Positions 60,477-64,000 of a stretch of DNA of 64,000 nucleotides are shown piece after piece. The notes under the pieces are model-generated. The model did no database searches and was not told the origin of the DNA. It worked only from the letters and a program-made list of their open reading frames with translations. Made by a program: the position numbers and the translations under genes. The DNA is from Bacteroidales bacterium (lineage in GTDB: Bacteria > Bacteroidota > Bacteroidia > Bacteroidales > UBA932). How positions within the stretch are numbered: the stretch's first letter is position 1; every line of letters starts with the position of its first letter. The stretch is from NCBI GenBank assembly GCA_017960545.1, contig JAGCYZ010000051.1, positions 19,784 through 83,783 on the forward strand, written 5' to 3'.

Positions 60477-61747
60477 GTTACACCCTGATTGCCGCAATAG
60501 CCGTCGCACTCATAGTCACCCTCCTGCTGGTGGCCCTCCTTCTCTTTGTAAAGAAGAAGGTAACCCCTTCGGGAACGGTTAAGATAGACATCAACGACGG
60601 GCGCAGGGTCCTGGAAGTGAAGCCGGGATCCAGCCTTATGTCCACGCTGGCGCAGGAGAACATTTTCCTGGCTTCCGCCTGCGGTGGCAAGGCTAACTGC
60701 GGGCAGTGCAAGGTGCAGGTGCCGGAAGGCGGCGGGGAGATCCTGCCAACTGAGACCGGCTATTTCAACCGCAGGCAGATCAAGGAAAAGATGCGCCTGG
60801 GCTGCCAGGTCAAGGTAAGGGACAACCTCAGGATTAAAGTGGCCGAGAGCGCGCTCAGCGCCAGGAAATTCCAGTGCCAGGTCATCTCAAACCGCAACGT
60901 GGCCACCTATATCAAGGAGTTCACGGTCCGCCTGCCGGAAGGCTGTGACATGGATTTCAGGAGCGGGCAGTACATACAGGTGGACGTCCCTGCCTTCCAA
61001 GTGTATTTCAAGGATTTTGACGTAGGAGAGGAGTACCGCGCGGAATGGGAGAAATATGGATTCACCGCCCTTGAATGCGTCAATGCCGAGCCCACAGTGC
61101 GCGCATATTCAATGGCTTCCTATCCGGCCGAAGGCAACGTCATAAAACTCAACGTGCGCATCGCCACTCCTCCGTTCGACCGCAGCGTTCCCCGCGGCCA
61201 GGAGCCCCGGCTGCTGCCGGTAAGCCCCGGCATAGCGTCTTCATACATATTCAGCCGCAAGCCGGGTGACACCGTCACGCTCAGCGGCCCCTTCGGGGAG
61301 TTCCTGCTCCCGCAGGACGACCCCCAAAGCGTAGAATACATCTTCGTGGGCGGAGGTGCCGGAATGGCCCCCCTGCGCAGCCATATAATGCATCTTTTCA
61401 GGACGCTCCACACCGGTCGCAAGGTCTCCTTCTTCTACGGCGCCAGGGCCCTGAAGGAAGCCTTCTATCTTGAAGACTTCGCCAAGTTGGAGAAGGATTT
61501 CCCCAATTTCTCCTTCCACCTGGCACTGGACCGTCCGGATCCCGCCGCGGACGCGGCCGGAGTTCCGTACACCGCAGGATTCGTCCACAACGTGATGTAC
61601 GAAACCTGCCTCAAGGCACACGGAACCCCTGAAGACATTAAATACTTTATGTGCGGCCCTCCTATGATGGTTTCTTCCGTGAACGGCCTCCTGGACTCCC
61701 TGGGAGTGCCCCCGGAGAACATCCTTTACGACGATTTCGGAAACTGA
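60473..61747 (+). CDS. nqrF: Na+-NQR subunit F
   Basis: [12 protein letters not shown] (2Fe-2S), [23 protein letters not shown]. Confidence 0.95.
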   Translation: MSYTLIAAIAVALIVTLLLVALLLFVKKKVTPSGTVKIDINDGRRVLEVKPGSSLMSTLAQENIFLASACGGKANCGQCKVQVPEGGGEILPTETGYFNRRQIKEKMRLGCQVKVRDNLRIKVAESALSARKFQCQVISNRNVATYIKEFTVRLPEGCDMDFRSGQYIQVDVPAFQVYFKDFDVGEEYRAEWEKYGFTALECVNAEPTVRAYSMASYPAEGNVIKLNVRIATPPFDRSVPRGQEPRLLPVSPGIASSYIFSRKPGDTVTLSGPFGEFLLPQDDPQSVEYIFVGGGAGMAPLRSHIMHLFRTLHTGRKVSFFYGARALKEAFYLEDFAKLEKDFPNFSFHLALDRPDPAADAAGVPYTAGFVHNVMYETCLKAHGTPEDIKYFMCGPPMMVSSVNGLLDSLGVPPENILYDDFGN

Positions 61748-61777
61748 GAAATAACTGAAACCACAAATCCATATAGT

Positions 61778-63853
61778 ATGAAACACAGGTTACTGATTTG
61801 CTGCCTTGCCGCACTGGCGTTAGGGCAGGTTTGCATCCCCCTGACTGCTTCAGCCAAGGACAATGCTCCAAAGATAGAGGCCACCGTCCATCTGGACCAG
61901 GAAGGCGCGCCCATCCATCCATTCGTACACGGTATGTTCACGGAGTTGCTGAGCAATATGTTCGAGAACGGTATCTGGGCGGAGATGCTCTCTGACCGCA
62001 AGTTCTTCTACCCCGTTGACAATTCGGAAGCCCTGTTCCCGGAAAACACCAAGAGGCACCAGCTGCGCTGGCGTCCCGTAGGTCCTGAATCCTCTGTCCA
62101 GATGGACACCCGGGATCCGTACGTGGGCAAGCAGGCACCGCTGGTCAGCCTTGAGTCCGGCAAGGCCGGCATACGCCAGTCAGGCCTTTGGCTCCAGAAG
62201 GGCCGCAGCTACACGGGTCGCGTAGTCCTCAAGGGCGACGCTTCCGCCAAGATCTCCGTCAGCCTTGTATGGGCAGCCGGGACCTCGGGCCGCCAGACCG
62301 TTGTCTTAGACGGCATTACAAACAAGTACAAGAAGTATTACTTCACCTTTACTGCGGGAGCCGACGTTCAGGATGCGCTGCTGGAGATAGTTGGCGAAGG
62401 ATCAGGCAGCTTTGAGATAGGTGCGGTATCGCTTATGCCTGCTGACAATGTGGAAGGGTTCCGCGCCGATATGGTATCCATCCTCAAGGAGATAGGCGCC
62501 ACCATCTACCGCTGGCCAGGCGGAAATTTCCTCTCCGGATATGAATGGAGGGACGGCATCGGAGACCCGGACCAGCGCCCCCCGCGCTATGACTATGCCT
62601 GGGACACCGTGGAGTCCAACGATATGGGAACCGACGAGTATATGACCTGGTGCAGGCTCATAGGCTGCGAGCCGTTCCTGGTGGTCAACACCGGATTCGG
62701 AGACGCATATTCCGCAGGACAGTGGGTGGAATATGTCAACGGCTCGGAAAACTCCCCTATGGGCAGTCTCCGCGCCAAGAACGGGCATCCCGCCCCTTAC
62801 GGCGTAATTTACTGGGGAGTAGGCAACGAAGCCTACGGAGAGTGGCAGCTGGGTCATATGTCCAGCAAGCACTATATCTGGAAACACAACTATTTTGGCG
62901 AGGAGATGCTCAGCAAGGACCCCGGCATCAAGCTCATCGGCTCAGGAGCCTCAGTGCCTGAGCAGAGCAGTCAGTACCGCAATTACCGCAGGCCTTACCA
63001 GACTTCCCTCCCCGTTCCCTTCCTGAGCGATTTCGACTGGACAGGACAACTTCTCAAGGGCTCCCTGGAATACATAGACTATATGTCAGACCATATCTAT
63101 CCAAACTACAACGGGTACTTTGACGGAGCTACCGAGAGCTGGGTGCAGCATCCATACGAATTCATAGACCAGATCCGCGTGACCTCCAACAGGGTCAAGA
63201 ACTCCGCGGAGGCTATGGACAAGTATGAAGAACTGATCCCCGCCCTCAAGGAGAAACACGTGCCCTACTGGATTGACGAATGGGCTCCACCGCGCGGAAG
63301 AGGCTTCGCCTCCACCATAGGCGTGGCCGCCACCCTGCACGAGATGTACCGCAACAGTTACTACGTGATGATGGCCGGACTTACCAGTTTCGCCAGCCTT
63401 TATACGTACAACGACGTAACTGCCACCATCAGTGCAACCGGTCTGCTGTTCAAGCTCTATATTGAGCACCAGGGAGACATTCCGCTGGGACTTACCGGCA
63501 ACTCCCCCACTCAGACGCTTCCGGGAACACCGTTCGTCGATATTCCCGTTGAACCGTCCGGCAGTCCTACATATCCCCTGGACATAGTGGCCACAAAGGA
63601 CAGCAAGTCCGGCAAGGTTATGGTTTCAGTGGCCAATCCCACTGAAGAACAGCAGAGTTTCGCACTCAGGTTCGATGGCGGCAAGCCGGATTCCAAGGTA
63701 TCCGTCTATGCACTGGAGCCGTTGCTGATGGCAGACCAGAACACCGTTGACAATCCGGACCTCATCACTGTCAAGACACGGACGGAGAAGCTGGGCACCA
63801 ACATCACAGTTCCCGCCCACAGTGTAATTATGTACGAATTCACAATTAAATAA
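61778..63853 (+). CDS. Long-form GH51 alpha-L-arabinofuranosidase-like enzyme, exported
   Basis: Signal peptide, RWPGGNF, WGVGNE, IDEW. Confidence 0.85.
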   Translation: MKHRLLICCLAALALGQVCIPLTASAKDNAPKIEATVHLDQEGAPIHPFVHGMFTELLSNMFENGIWAEMLSDRKFFYPVDNSEALFPENTKRHQLRWRPVGPESSVQMDTRDPYVGKQAPLVSLESGKAGIRQSGLWLQKGRSYTGRVVLKGDASAKISVSLVWAAGTSGRQTVVLDGITNKYKKYYFTFTAGADVQDALLEIVGEGSGSFEIGAVSLMPADNVEGFRADMVSILKEIGATIYRWPGGNFLSGYEWRDGIGDPDQRPPRYDYAWDTVESNDMGTDEYMTWCRLIGCEPFLVVNTGFGDAYSAGQWVEYVNGSENSPMGSLRAKNGHPAPYGVIYWGVGNEAYGEWQLGHMSSKHYIWKHNYFGEEMLSKDPGIKLIGSGASVPEQSSQYRNYRRPYQTSLPVPFLSDFDWTGQLLKGSLEYIDYMSDHIYPNYNGYFDGATESWVQHPYEFIDQIRVTSNRVKNSAEAMDKYEELIPALKEKHVPYWIDEWAPPRGRGFASTIGVAATLHEMYRNSYYVMMAGLTSFASLYTYNDVTATISATGLLFKLYIEHQGDIPLGLTGNSPTQTLPGTPFVDIPVEPSGSPTYPLDIVATKDSKSGKVMVSVANPTEEQQSFALRFDGGKPDSKVSVYALEPLLMADQNTVDNPDLITVKTRTEKLGTNITVPAHSVIMYEFTIK

Positions 63854-63903
63854 ACCGTACGTAAGCTGTTTTTGTAAATTACCATCCTAAATATTCAGAA
63901 ACT

Positions 63904-63939
63904 ACTGGCAAGCAAATCTTTATTTTGCTTGCCAGTTTT
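63904..63939 (+). terminator. Intrinsic terminator
   Basis: ACTGGCAAGCAAA-N7-TTTGCTTGCCAGT followed by TTT. Confidence 0.8.
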
Positions 63940-64000
63940 GCGCTGGCCCGCTAGGTTTGCCGCTGAAAACCTGTTATACTATGCAAAAACAATCCGGGAA

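Overview
Chromosomal window from a GC-rich Bacteroidales bacterium, inferred from the SusC/SusD pair, TAnnTTTG -7 promoter boxes and the Nqr operon; it looks like a gut or rumen lineage. From left to right it holds an AT-rich tandem DUF262 (GmrSD-like) defence pair, a J-domain + HIRAN gene pair and a GH10 xylanase. Next come repair and transport genes, a degenerate IS4/IS1634-like DDE gene, tRNA-Cys and housekeeping genes (rluA-like, rlmI, gap, surE, lpxB, yidC, trmD, uvrD, nqrA-F). Arabinoxylan/xylose functions are scattered through the window: two GH51 genes, xylA/xylB, and SusC/SusD with two tandem esterases. The most striking signal is a 55-bp TGTCA-ended palindromic element inserted in frame in three unrelated genes. 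All three copies have the same orientation and reading frame, and each carries three extra tandem copies of one element end. Two of the copies also share a second palindromic module. Other candidates are three GNRA-capped small RNA/leader elements and several operator-like inverted repeats. All product calls come from motif recognition by eye; no database searches were run.
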